In this document: positions 1 to 9,438 of the stretch, in pieces
Layout of the letters: the number at the start of each line of letters is the position of its first letter
How positions within the stretch are numbered: the first letter of the stretch is position 1
From: an uncultured Nitrospina sp.
GTDB taxonomy: Bacteria > Nitrospinota > Nitrospinia > Nitrospinales > VA-1
Length of the DNA: 64,000 nt
Direction of reading: 5' to 3'
Assembly (NCBI GenBank): GCA_964510965.1
Contig: CAZECX010000002.1
Location: forward strand, 21,011 to 85,010
Notes under the pieces: generated by a model
Databases searched by the model: none
What the model was told of the DNA's origin: nothing
Seen by the model: only the letters and a program-made list of their open reading frames with translations
Translations under genes and position numbers: made by a program

Positions 1-2486
1 GAAAAACAGGAGAAACTTATGCTTTAAATGATGAAGGACTGCTTGTTTCCAACAGTCGGTTCGATTCGCAATTGAGAGAAATGGGTCTGATTTCTCACGG
101 AAAAGCATCCATATTCAATATTCAGATTCGCAATCCTGGCAGAGATTTAAGATTAGCCCCTGCCTTATCGAATGAGCCTACCAAAAACTGGCCGTTGACC
201 CTAATGGCGAAGAATGCCTTGATGAAAAAAGCGGGAGTTAATGTTGAAGGTTATAACGATTACCGGGGTGTCCCTGTCGTGGGTGCCTGGGCCTGGATGG
301 AAGATCAGATGCTGGCTGTTGCTACAGAAATCGATGCAGAAGAAGCGTTTGCTCCTTTGAATACTTTGCTGTTCTGGTACCTGATATTATTTGGATCCCT
401 TGTTATTTCGGCGTTGGTCGGCCTTTTTATGAGGTCACGAATATTAAAAACCAACAGGCAGACTCTCGAAAACAGAAAACGATTGAACTCCTTAACAGGA
501 ATTATATTTGATTCTATCGTCGCAATAAATGAGAAAGGAATTATCCAAACCGTCAATCCTGCAGTTGAAAAAGTATTCGGCTATTCCGAAAAAGAACTGA
601 TCGGGGAAAATGTCAAAATCCTGATTCCGGAATCTTTTGTCAGTGAATACGATAGCTATCTGAAAAATTATCTCAGAACCGGCGAAAAAAAAATTATCAA
701 CATGGTGCGTGAAATCACGGGTAGGCACAAAAATGGCTCCGTATTCCCCATGGAATTAAGCGTTTCGGAATCTACAGAAAACGATCAAAAAGTTTTTGTC
801 GGTGTGCTTCGAAATATTTCTGAACGCAAGGCTCATGAAAGAGCTATCGAATCTGCCCACCGGGAACGCAACCTTATTCTTAATTCTGCAGGAGAAGGAA
901 TATATGGTGTGGATCTGAATGGCGAAACTACTTTTGTAAATCCGGCGGCTTGCAAAATGCTGGGATACACTGAAGAAGAACTTATCGGCAAAGCACTGCT
1001 TGCTCTAATCCATCATACATACCTCGATGGCACCCAATATTCCATAGATAAATGTCATATCTATGCTGCCTTTAAAGATGGCAAAGAACATCTTGAAACT
1101 GGAGAGATCTTTTGGAAAAAAAATGGCTCCAGTTTTCCTGTTGAGTATATGAGCAAACCCATTACAGACGATGGAAAAATTATTGGTGCTGTTGTTACTT
1201 TTACTGACATCACTACCCGCAAGGCAAACGAGGAGGAACTTAAGCTCGCATACAATGATTTGGAAATGCGCATTCAAGATCGAACTCAGGAGTTGAGCCT
1301 GGCAAAAGAACAGGCAGAAAATCATAATCGAGCCAAATCAGAATTTCTTTCCCGCATGAGTCATGAGTTGCGTACACCGATGAACGCTATATTGGGATTC
1401 GCGCAAATTATGAACGAAAGTCGAAAAGACCCTCTTTCCGACGCTCATAAATCGCGCACCCATCAAATACTGAAAGCGGGAAACCACTTATTGGAGCTTA
1501 TAAATGAGGTCCTGGATCTGGCGCGAATTGAAGCCGGGAAAACCACAGTTTCCCTTGAACCTGTGCAAATCGCAGAACTAGTTCAAGAGATAGTGAATGT
1601 GACTCGACCGATGGCAGAGAAATTTAACATCCAACTGGTTAATGAAATTTCAGCAAATGGTAATGCCTATGTTCTGGCTGACAAAACCCGTCTGAAACAA
1701 GTATTACTCAATTTAGTTTCCAACGGTATCAAATATAACCGCAAAGAAGGCAGGGTAACTCTTAGCCTGGGACCGCTAAAAACCAGCAATCGCAGCATCC
1801 TGGTGACCGATACTGGAATGGGTATGCCACTGGAAAAAATTAAAAATATCTTTGAACCCTTTGATCGGCTGGGTGTGGAAAATAGTGAAACTGAAGGTAC
1901 AGGGATAGGAATGACCATATCCAAAAAACTTGTCGAACTAATGAACGGCCATATCAATGTTGAAAGTTATCCAGGAAAAGGCACACAGTTTTCCGTGTCC
2001 CTTCCCGTCTGTAATTCAGAGGCTATCAAGTGCGGGGAAAATATTGAGGTACTAAAAATTCCTTTCCTCGAAACCGCAGATGAAAATTTTACCCTTCTAT
2101 ATATCGAAGACAATCAAGCCAATATGCTTCTGGTTCAGGACATTCTTTCAGATTATCCTGAAATCAAAATGCTTACAGCCCAGCAAGCGGCAATTGGGCT
2201 GCAAATGGCTCATGCGCATCAACCGAATCTTATCCTTCTAGACATCAATTTGCCTGACCTGGATGGATTTGAAACCCTTAAACGATTACAAAACCTGGAA
2301 GAAACATATGAAACACCCGTCATCGCTATAAGTGCAAACGCAATGGAAAAAGATATTAACCGCGCTTTAGAGGCGGGCTTTAATTGCTACTTGACGAAGC
2401 CCTTAGACATTCCAAAATTTAAAAGTACCGTAGAAAAACTTTTAATGGAATCTAAAATCCGTTTGTCCAAAAATTATTCAAATTAA
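1..2486 (+). CDS. Hybrid sensor histidine kinase (Cache-like periplasmic domain, TM, 2x PAS, HisKA, HATPase_c, C-terminal receiver); 5' end lies upstream of the window
   Basis: The track ORF starts at a TTG at 72, but the frame is open back to nt 3 (KTGETYALNDEGLLVSNSRFDSQL, a Cache-type motif). TM segment LLFWYLILFGSLVISALVGLF. H-box SHELRTPMNAILGF. N/G boxes NLVSNGIKYN, DTGMGMP, GTGIGM. Receiver LLDINLPDLDG...LTKP. Confidence 0.9.
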   Translation, partial: KTGETYALNDEGLLVSNSRFDSQLREMGLISHGKASIFNIQIRNPGRDLRLAPALSNEPTKNWPLTLMAKNALMKKAGVNVEGYNDYRGVPVVGAWAWMEDQMLAVATEIDAEEAFAPLNTLLFWYLILFGSLVISALVGLFMRSRILKTNRQTLENRKRLNSLTGIIFDSIVAINEKGIIQTVNPAVEKVFGYSEKELIGENVKILIPESFVSEYDSYLKNYLRTGEKKIINMVREITGRHKNGSVFPMELSVSESTENDQKVFVGVLRNISERKAHERAIESAHRERNLILNSAGEGIYGVDLNGETTFVNPAACKMLGYTEEELIGKALLALIHHTYLDGTQYSIDKCHIYAAFKDGKEHLETGEIFWKKNGSSFPVEYMSKPITDDGKIIGAVVTFTDITTRKANEEELKLAYNDLEMRIQDRTQELSLAKEQAENHNRAKSEFLSRMSHELRTPMNAILGFAQIMNESRKDPLSDAHKSRTHQILKAGNHLLELINEVLDLARIEAGKTTVSLEPVQIAELVQEIVNVTRPMAEKFNIQLVNEISANGNAYVLADKTRLKQVLLNLVSNGIKYNRKEGRVTLSLGPLKTSNRSILVTDTGMGMPLEKIKNIFEPFDRLGVENSETEGTGIGMTISKKLVELMNGHINVESYPGKGTQFSVSLPVCNSEAIKCGENIEVLKIPFLETADENFTLLYIEDNQANMLLVQDILSDYPEIKMLTAQQAAIGLQMAHAHQPNLILLDINLPDLDGFETLKRLQNLEETYETPVIAISANAMEKDINRALEAGFNCYLTKPLDIPKFKSTVEKLLMESKIRLSKNYSN

Positions 2487-2497
2487 AATATGACGAT

Positions 2498-3610
2498 ATG
2501 AATATCAATTTCTTAAAATCAAAAATCCTGATTATCGATGATGAACCCGCAAACATAGAATTGCTGGAAGACATCCTTGAAGAAGAAGGATATACCTATT
2601 TCCGAAGCACCCTCGATTCGAGAAAAGCTATTGATATGTATAAAGAGATGAATCCAGACCTTGTCTTACTTGATTTGAACATGCCTTATCTCGATGGATT
2701 TCAGGTCATGGATCAGCTCAAGAAATTAGAACAAGATTCTTATGCACCCATTCTGGTTTTAACCGCGCAATCCGATCGCAACACACGACTTCGTGCCCTC
2801 GCTGCTGGAGCACGCGATTTCATAGGCAAACCTTTTGATATTACTGAGGTGACTCAGAGAATTACCAATATGCTTGAAATCCGGTTACTACATAACCACG
2901 TAAGAGATCAAAATCGTTTACTTGAGTTAAAAGTAAAAGATAGAACTTATGAGCTGGAAGAAACAAGGCAGGAAGCCATCTTGCGTTTGGGGCGAGCCGC
3001 AGAATACCGGGATAATGAAACCGGTATGCATGTCATTCGTATGAGTAGACTTTCTGCCCGCCTTGCAAAAGAAATTGGTTTGAGTGATAAAGAATGCCAA
3101 CTCATCCTCCAGGCCAGCCCGATGCATGATGTCGGGAAAATCGGCATCCCGGATGAAATCCTACTAAAACCAGAAAAACTCAATGAGAATGAATGGCAAA
3201 CAATGAAGAAGCATCCAGAGATTGGAGCAAAAATTCTTTCGGGTAGTCGATCTGAACTGATGCAAATGGCAGAGTCAATCGCGCTAACTCACCAGGAAAG
3301 GTGGGATGGGTCTGGCTACCCCTATGGTCTGAAAGAAGAAGCAATTCCGTTAGCAGGAAGAATTGTTGCGGTCGCAGACGTTTTCGATGCCCTGACAAGT
3401 AAAAGATATTATAAAGATGCTTTTTCTGTAGAAGAGTCCATGAATATCATTGAAGAAAATAGCGGAAAGGATTTTGAACCGCGATTGGTTCATGCATTCA
3501 AAAAAGCATTGCCAGAAATGATAAAAATTGTGGAGGAACATACGGATACTGAACCGGATCATGTTCTTAAAGTTTACCGCCATTCTTCGGTCACAGGACA
3601 AATAAACTAA
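2498..3610 (+). CDS. Response regulator with HD-GYP output domain (RpfG-type, putative c-di-GMP phosphodiesterase)
   Basis: Receiver motifs IIDDEP, LLDLNMPYLDG, GKP. HD-GYP signature HDVGKIGIPD ... HQERWDGSGYPYG. Starts 11 nt after the kinase stop. Confidence 0.9.
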   Translation: MNINFLKSKILIIDDEPANIELLEDILEEEGYTYFRSTLDSRKAIDMYKEMNPDLVLLDLNMPYLDGFQVMDQLKKLEQDSYAPILVLTAQSDRNTRLRALAAGARDFIGKPFDITEVTQRITNMLEIRLLHNHVRDQNRLLELKVKDRTYELEETRQEAILRLGRAAEYRDNETGMHVIRMSRLSARLAKEIGLSDKECQLILQASPMHDVGKIGIPDEILLKPEKLNENEWQTMKKHPEIGAKILSGSRSELMQMAESIALTHQERWDGSGYPYGLKEEAIPLAGRIVAVADVFDALTSKRYYKDAFSVEESMNIIEENSGKDFEPRLVHAFKKALPEMIKIVEEHTDTEPDHVLKVYRHSSVTGQIN

Positions 3611-3625
3611 GTGTAAATATATCTT

Positions 3626-4840
3626 TCAACCCATCCCTGGAATGAATTTTTTAAAAAATTTATACGTGCTCGCTGCCATGTCGAGCAGCCTGCTTTTAAC
3701 CCAGGCTTTCCTGTCGAATAACCTGTTGTGAGTATCGAATAATAATTTAGGAATTTCCAGTTTCTCCGGACATCGTGGAATGCAGTCACCACACTCGGTG
3801 CACTTGGATGAAAAATTTCCCGGGAACCAATGCCCCTCACCTTCAAACATGTTGTAACGAAACTTTCCATAATCCTCCATTTCATAGGCTTCCAGCAAAT
3901 TTCGAAAACGCAATACCTCTGGAATATTTATTCCTTCCGGGCAAGGCAAACATTCATTGCAAAGGGTACAAAGTTCCGCCACCGCATTTAACCTACCGTC
4001 CATTTCCACACGAACATTTTGCTCTGTTTCGGCATTGTTTTGCTCGTCACTTAAAATTGAAAGATTTTGTGGAAAATGTTCCGGCTCATGTATTCCCATG
4101 CTCAGTGTTGTGATTTCCGGATGCTCCAGACAAAACCGGCCGTTGAACTGAATTGCCGTCATGGGTTCACAGGTTTCCCGAACCATGCCTGAAGGCTTCC
4201 ATAGCATCCCCCCTTTTTCATTTGGAGAAATAATGAAAACACCTATATCCTTCTTCCCTGCTAATTGAACGGCTGCAAGGTTGCGTTGAAAAAAATAATA
4301 GTAATGAAGATTCACAAAACTGAAAAGGTCGGTATTGAGGGCTTGTAAGATGACATCCAGGGAGCCGTGGGTAGAAAATCCTATATGGCGAACCAGACCT
4401 TCTTCCCTCAATCGATGCAAAGTTTCAACGGGACCTCCTGTGGCTATGGCCGCTTGCAACCTTTCCTCATTATTGATCCCATGCCAACCATAAAAATCGA
4501 CATAATCGAGTTTCAAGCTGGTCAATTGCTCTTCAACCAATGCCCGGGTTTCATCGCCTGTCATCGGGGCCCCTTTAGTCATCATTTTGAATTGGTCACG
4601 TGGAGTTCTCAATTCTTTTAGGGCAATGCCAAAAAGGTTCTCGCTCTTCATATAGCCATGGGCTGTTTCTATATGATTGATGCCGATATCAAGGGCCTGC
4701 TTTGTGATTTCGATGCAATTTTGAATGGATTCGGCGGGAAGATAACTGCGTGGCGGATTCCATCCATGCTTGAAACGCATACCCCCAAGGGTGATTACAG
4801 AAATTTTTTCATTGGTCTTGCCAAAGCGACGGTATTCCAT
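3626..4840 (-). CDS. Aldo/keto reductase with C-terminal 4Fe-4S cluster-binding region
   Basis: Track ORF 3626..4978 trimmed to the ATG at 4840. MEYRRFGKTNEKISVITLGGMRF is a canonical AKR N-terminus, and the longer form would overlap the divergent gene at 4955. C-terminal Cys clusters CTLCNECLPCPEG and CTECGDCIPRCPE. Confidence 0.8.
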   Translation of the reverse strand: MEYRRFGKTNEKISVITLGGMRFKHGWNPPRSYLPAESIQNCIEITKQALDIGINHIETAHGYMKSENLFGIALKELRTPRDQFKMMTKGAPMTGDETRALVEEQLTSLKLDYVDFYGWHGINNEERLQAAIATGGPVETLHRLREEGLVRHIGFSTHGSLDVILQALNTDLFSFVNLHYYYFFQRNLAAVQLAGKKDIGVFIISPNEKGGMLWKPSGMVRETCEPMTAIQFNGRFCLEHPEITTLSMGIHEPEHFPQNLSILSDEQNNAETEQNVRVEMDGRLNAVAELCTLCNECLPCPEGINIPEVLRFRNLLEAYEMEDYGKFRYNMFEGEGHWFPGNFSSKCTECGDCIPRCPEKLEIPKLLFDTHNRLFDRKAWVKSRLLDMAASTYKFFKKFIPGMG

Positions 4841-4954
4841 TAAGAAATTATGAGCGACCCATCGAACGTAAGCAAGAAAATCATTGAGATCGCAACCAAA
4901 ATCCCATACACTGTTTAAGAACAATAACTTACATCGACAAACGGATAAGAAGTT

Positions 4955-6220
4955 ATGGCAGAGTTTCGCTTTATTCATTGTTCCGACTTACATATCGACA
5001 GCCCATTTAAGGGGCTGACTTCACAAGCTCCGGCTCTTGCCAGTGCCTTGCGCGAATCCACCTTTAAAGCATTTCAAAATATTGCACATTTAGCATTGCA
5101 AGAAAAAGTAGACGCGGTGCTAATCGCAGGCGATGTATTTGATGGAGCCGATCGCAGTCTGCAAGCACAATTGAAATTCCGCCGCATCCTTAAAGAATTA
5201 TCTGATGAAGAAATACAATCTTTCATCGTCCACGGCAACCACGACCCTTTAAACAGCTGGGCACATACTCTGGAATGGCCCGAACATGTGACCATTTTTC
5301 CTGGAAATAAAGTCCTTCGTGTTCCGGTAAAAAAAGAAGGAAAAAATATTGCCTGGGTATACGGTATCAGTTATCCGCAAAAAGAAGTTACTGAAAACCT
5401 GGCGCTGAAATTTAGAAACGATGATGAAAAAGGTTTTTCCATAGGACTGCTCCATGCAAATGTAGGTCAACAACCCGGACACGACAATTACGCACCTTGC
5501 TCTATCAATGATCTGGTCTCAAGAAATTTTGATTATTGGGCTTTGGGGCATATCCATGAACACAAAGTACTTAGGGAAAGTAACCCGGCAATTGTCTACT
5601 CCGGAAATACACAAGCACGACATTTAAGGGAGACGGGACAAAAAGGTTGTTGTCTGGTTACTTTGTCTACAGATAGTCCGCCCGATATCAGGTTCATGAC
5701 TACAGATGTAGTTAGCTATCGTTCTGCCACCGTAGATTTACAAAATGCAGAAAATATAAATGATGTTATAAGGAAGATCCAGGTCCAATGTGAAGAACTC
5801 GCCAAAGAAACCATTCCTCGCGAAGGTCTTGTTGCGCGTCTGAACTTAACAGGCAGAACATCCATTCATAAAGAGTTGCAAGCCGCAGGCGTCATTAATG
5901 CCTTGACCGAAGAAATTCACACTTTTTTTGAAGGACACTCTCCCTGGGTCTCAATAGAGTTATCCACGGAAACTGCAGGAACATTTGACATCGCAAATTT
6001 AAAAGAGGGAAAAGATTTTATCGCCGATCTGGTCAATCTCTGCGATGAAACAGATAAAGAAGAACTTAACACCAAGATTCGCGAATCCATGAAACCTGTT
6101 TTTGAATCCTGGGCTGGAAGAAAGTATCTGAAAGATTTTCCAACAGAAGAAATGGATGGTCTCCTTCAAAAATCACGAAACCTTGCTCTCGACCAACTGG
6201 TCGATCAGGATAATTTTTAA
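4955..6220 (+). CDS. SbcD/Mre11-family metallophosphoesterase, YhaO-like DNA repair exonuclease
   Basis: Calcineurin-like phosphoesterase motifs HCSDLHID, AGDVFD, GNHD, GLLHAN, GHIH. Lies 10 nt upstream of the ATPase partner. Confidence 0.8.
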   Translation: MAEFRFIHCSDLHIDSPFKGLTSQAPALASALRESTFKAFQNIAHLALQEKVDAVLIAGDVFDGADRSLQAQLKFRRILKELSDEEIQSFIVHGNHDPLNSWAHTLEWPEHVTIFPGNKVLRVPVKKEGKNIAWVYGISYPQKEVTENLALKFRNDDEKGFSIGLLHANVGQQPGHDNYAPCSINDLVSRNFDYWALGHIHEHKVLRESNPAIVYSGNTQARHLRETGQKGCCLVTLSTDSPPDIRFMTTDVVSYRSATVDLQNAENINDVIRKIQVQCEELAKETIPREGLVARLNLTGRTSIHKELQAAGVINALTEEIHTFFEGHSPWVSIELSTETAGTFDIANLKEGKDFIADLVNLCDETDKEELNTKIRESMKPVFESWAGRKYLKDFPTEEMDGLLQKSRNLALDQLVDQDNF

Positions 6221-6230
6221 AAAATATTAA

Positions 6231-8927
6231 ATGCAACTACGAGAAATACATATCGATGGTTTTGGCGTCTTCAACAACAAACGAGTGACCGGATTAAAAC
6301 CAGGCGTCAACGTTGTTTATGGAAAAAATGAATTTGGCAAAACCACGCTATTGGAATTCATACGCAGGATCCTTTTCGGGTTTCCGACCAAAAAAGATAA
6401 AACCAACCTATACCATCCGGTTAATGGCGGATCTATGGGAGGAAGCCTGAAAGTACAATTACAAAATGGGGAAGGATTGGTAATTTCTCGCACTCCAGGA
6501 ACCCACGGCGGCGATGTAAGAATATCCACTCCCCAGGAGGTTTTGCGGGGACAAGATGTACTCAACCATGTACTCGGAAATGCCTCCAAAGATATTTACC
6601 GAAACATCTACGCCTTTACCCTCGACGAGCTGAACGATATCAACAGTTTGAGTGGGGACGAAGTGAAGAACCGTATCTACGGAGCTGGGTTGGGTCTTGG
6701 AAACTTGTCCCTTAAAAACATAGAAAAAGATTTAGAAAATTTATGCACACAAATTTTTAGGCCAAGAGGCTCATGCCAACTTAGCGACTTGCTTGAAAAA
6801 ATTAAGGCCAATGAACAAACCATACTTTCCATCCAGAAAAACCTTACTCTTTTTGATGAACTGCAAAATCAGCATAAAAAAATGCTGGAGACCAAAACTG
6901 CAGTGCAAAACTCCCTGCAAGACCTGGAATCCGGAAAAAGAATTCTCGAAAGCCAAATTCATCTTTACGAAGATGCCGTTCAATACATGCAAGCTAAAGA
7001 AAAACTCGAATCGCTGGACGACTTTTCGCAATTCCCGGATAATGGATTGAGTAACCTCAAGTCTTTACAAAACGAACAAAAAACCTTGGAACAGCGACTG
7101 GAGGAGGAGCAGGAGTCTCTAAACTCCTTAAAGGCTTCACTTGAAAAATTAAAGGTTAACCACGAGCTTTTAAAATACGAAGAAAGTATTAATCGCCTAA
7201 AACAATCCACTCAATCCATTCATTCGGCATTGCAAGATTCGGGAAAGGTTCAGATTGAACGGGAAGATCTGGATATGGAAATTTCCGGTGAAATAAAATC
7301 CATCGACCGAAACTGGGACGAAGAAACGTTATTAGACTTTGATTTAACGGAAGCCGAAAAAGATCAAATAGATCAATATTCTGAGGAATTCGAAAGCTTG
7401 AGAAAGGAAAAAGATCTTTTCCTTGATCGCCTGGAAAGTCACCGCAGAATGAAGGCGGAAGAGCAATCCAAAGGCTGGAACATTCCGGGATGGTTAAAGC
7501 AATTTCACTATGGCTTTACGGCAACGGGTATTGCCGGCGTTATCCTGGGTGGATACCTGGTAAACATCCCTCTTCTCACCGCCGCCATACTTATAGTTGG
7601 CGGCGGTATTTTTCTTTTCAAAAAAATTCTAGAAGAGAAAAACAGCTTTTCAAAAGAAGATATGGCAGAAAAAAATCTTGCTCATCAATACGATAAAAAG
7701 GAAAAAGAACTGGATAAAAAATTTGAAGAGTGGAGAAATTGGCTCAAGTTACGCAAACTTGATCCCGGGATTGCACCCATCACCACAAAAAATATTGGAA
7801 AAACCGCGCGGCAGATAAAAGCTATGATCGCCCAGCGCGGCAGACTGGATGAAAGAATTGAGCAAATGCATGGAACGATGAACGAAGCTTTGGAATGTAT
7901 CGCATCCTTGAGTTCCTTGGTCGATAACGTTTCGCTCAAAAATGAAATTCCAGTCAACATAGAAACTCTTTGCCAGGCATTTGATGAAAACAAGGCCAAC
8001 CGAGAACGCAGCGCACTTTTGGAAAACCAACATAAAGAACAAAATGAAAAAATTTCACGTCTTGAAGACCAGTTAAAAAATAGTGAAAAAGATATAGAAA
8101 AATTTATTCATTCCGTGGGAGCTTCAGATCCGGATGATTTTTATGCCAAACAAACTGCTTTTGAAACGTATAAGGCTCTGAGTAAAACTGTAGAACAAAA
8201 AAGAGGAATCATTCACTCCAATGTCGGACGGGGACAACATTTTGACCAGTTCCTGGATGATATCCAATCCGCTCCTCTTGAGGAAATAAAACAAAAACTT
8301 GGTAAAAAGCTCACAGACTATTCAGAGTTGCAAGATACGCGCGAACAATTATTGCAAGACATTGGTGAAACACGCAACGAATTAGATAAACTAGCGTCCA
8401 ACAATGATCTCGTTGCACGACAAAACGAGCTGGAATCGCAAAAACAAGAGCTAAAATCCATCGCCGAAACCTGGGCTTCCTATCGTGGAGCTCTTGTGCT
8501 GATTGAAGAAGCTAAAAAAAGATACGAAAAAACACGTCAGCCAGGAGTCATTCGCGCAGCAGAAAACTTGTTTGCAGAAATTACTGGCGGAACCTATGGT
8601 CACATTATTAAACCCATTGACAGTGACGACATTCTCATAGAAAACGATCGGCATAAACGAAAAGGCGTGCAGGAAATGAGTCGTGGAACTCTTGAACAAC
8701 TTTATCTCGCCATGCGTTTTGGATTAATTGAAGAGTACGAGAGCAGATCTGAGCCTCTACCCGCTGTTCTCGATGACGTGTTCGTCAATTTCGATGACGA
8801 ACGTGACCAAAGACTGATTGAAGTACTGAACCAGTTTGGTCAACAACGCCAGGTCATTGTGCTTACCTGCCATCAACGCTCCCTCGAAGCCTATCAAAGC
8901 ATCGGCGCAAACCAAATCACCGTTTAA
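6231..8927 (+). CDS. SbcC/Rad50-like AAA ATPase, YhaN-like, with a central transmembrane hairpin
   Basis: Walker A GKNEFGKTT. Long charged, heptad-like arms. Signature-like SRGTLEQLYLA and Walker B AVLDDVFVNFD. Two hydrophobic helices (GFTATGIAGVILGGYLV, IPLLTAAILIVGGGIFLF) at the protein midpoint, nt ~7510-7620. Confidence 0.8.
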   Translation: MQLREIHIDGFGVFNNKRVTGLKPGVNVVYGKNEFGKTTLLEFIRRILFGFPTKKDKTNLYHPVNGGSMGGSLKVQLQNGEGLVISRTPGTHGGDVRISTPQEVLRGQDVLNHVLGNASKDIYRNIYAFTLDELNDINSLSGDEVKNRIYGAGLGLGNLSLKNIEKDLENLCTQIFRPRGSCQLSDLLEKIKANEQTILSIQKNLTLFDELQNQHKKMLETKTAVQNSLQDLESGKRILESQIHLYEDAVQYMQAKEKLESLDDFSQFPDNGLSNLKSLQNEQKTLEQRLEEEQESLNSLKASLEKLKVNHELLKYEESINRLKQSTQSIHSALQDSGKVQIEREDLDMEISGEIKSIDRNWDEETLLDFDLTEAEKDQIDQYSEEFESLRKEKDLFLDRLESHRRMKAEEQSKGWNIPGWLKQFHYGFTATGIAGVILGGYLVNIPLLTAAILIVGGGIFLFKKILEEKNSFSKEDMAEKNLAHQYDKKEKELDKKFEEWRNWLKLRKLDPGIAPITTKNIGKTARQIKAMIAQRGRLDERIEQMHGTMNEALECIASLSSLVDNVSLKNEIPVNIETLCQAFDENKANRERSALLENQHKEQNEKISRLEDQLKNSEKDIEKFIHSVGASDPDDFYAKQTAFETYKALSKTVEQKRGIIHSNVGRGQHFDQFLDDIQSAPLEEIKQKLGKKLTDYSELQDTREQLLQDIGETRNELDKLASNNDLVARQNELESQKQELKSIAETWASYRGALVLIEEAKKRYEKTRQPGVIRAAENLFAEITGGTYGHIIKPIDSDDILIENDRHKRKGVQEMSRGTLEQLYLAMRFGLIEEYESRSEPLPAVLDDVFVNFDDERDQRLIEVLNQFGQQRQVIVLTCHQRSLEAYQSIGANQITV

Positions 8928-9012
8928 AGCAAATAATCCATTATCGACTTGACAAAAAAGGCTGGTTCTGCAAAAATAAGTGAATATTTAATAAATTATT
9001 CATTATTTTAAA

Positions 9013-9403
9013 ATGAAACTAGCAGTAGAAACCTCCGAAGCCATTAAAAACGACATCCTCGATAAGGCATTTGCCCGGTTCGGCCACTATGGATTTGGGA
9101 GTGGTTGGGGAGTGGATGTACGACACCCGAGGAGACGAAGCCACTAACGCATTCGAAAATGATATCGTAGGTGGGCTTCGTCTCGCGATCAACGATGCCG
9201 CCAGTACCGAAGCATTATTTGGGTGGGTGCAAGACCTGGACACCTCTGCCCGCCTTCTTTTCCTTGAAGCCAGTCGAAGGTTTGGTGATAATTGGCTATT
9301 GACTGCCGAGCTCCGTGCCTTTTTAGACCAGCCCCAAGAAGATTTTTTCTTCGATTCCCGCGATGACGAAATCATGCAAATCCAACTCGCCTACTACTTC
9401 TAG
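9013..9403 (+). pseudogene. Probable 3' remnant of an outer-membrane beta-barrel gene (frameshifted short fragment)
   Basis: The 110-aa ORF (9071..9403) has alternating beta-strand-like sequence and ends ...IQLAYYF, an aromatic C-terminal OMP signature. It has no signal peptide. An ATG at 9013 opens frame 1 and runs into frame 2 near 9100, consistent with a frameshift. Markedly more GC-rich than both flanks. The mirror ORF 9019..9375 is a shadow. Confidence 0.35.
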
Positions 9404-9438
9404 CCGGCTACATCAGATAAGAGGACATCAATATTAAC

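Noticed and set aside
3626-4978. Long N-terminal extensions of several track ORFs (3626..4978; also 30996..31283, 36167..36640, 36568..37497, 44225..44938)
   Set aside because: In each case an internal ATG gives a canonical family N-terminus, an RBS or an ATGA coupling, and removes overlap with neighbours. The extensions look non-coding.
4955-8927. Nuclease-ATPase pair as an anti-phage defence system
   Set aside because: Its architecture matches the housekeeping YhaO/YhaN (SbcCD-like) repair family. No defence-island neighbours, mobile-element genes or effector domains are nearby.
9019-9375. 118-aa minus-strand ORF opposite the OMP-like remnant
   Set aside because: It is Arg/Ser-rich and is the mirror of a GC-rich segment. 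Long ORFs on both strands are expected there by composition alone.
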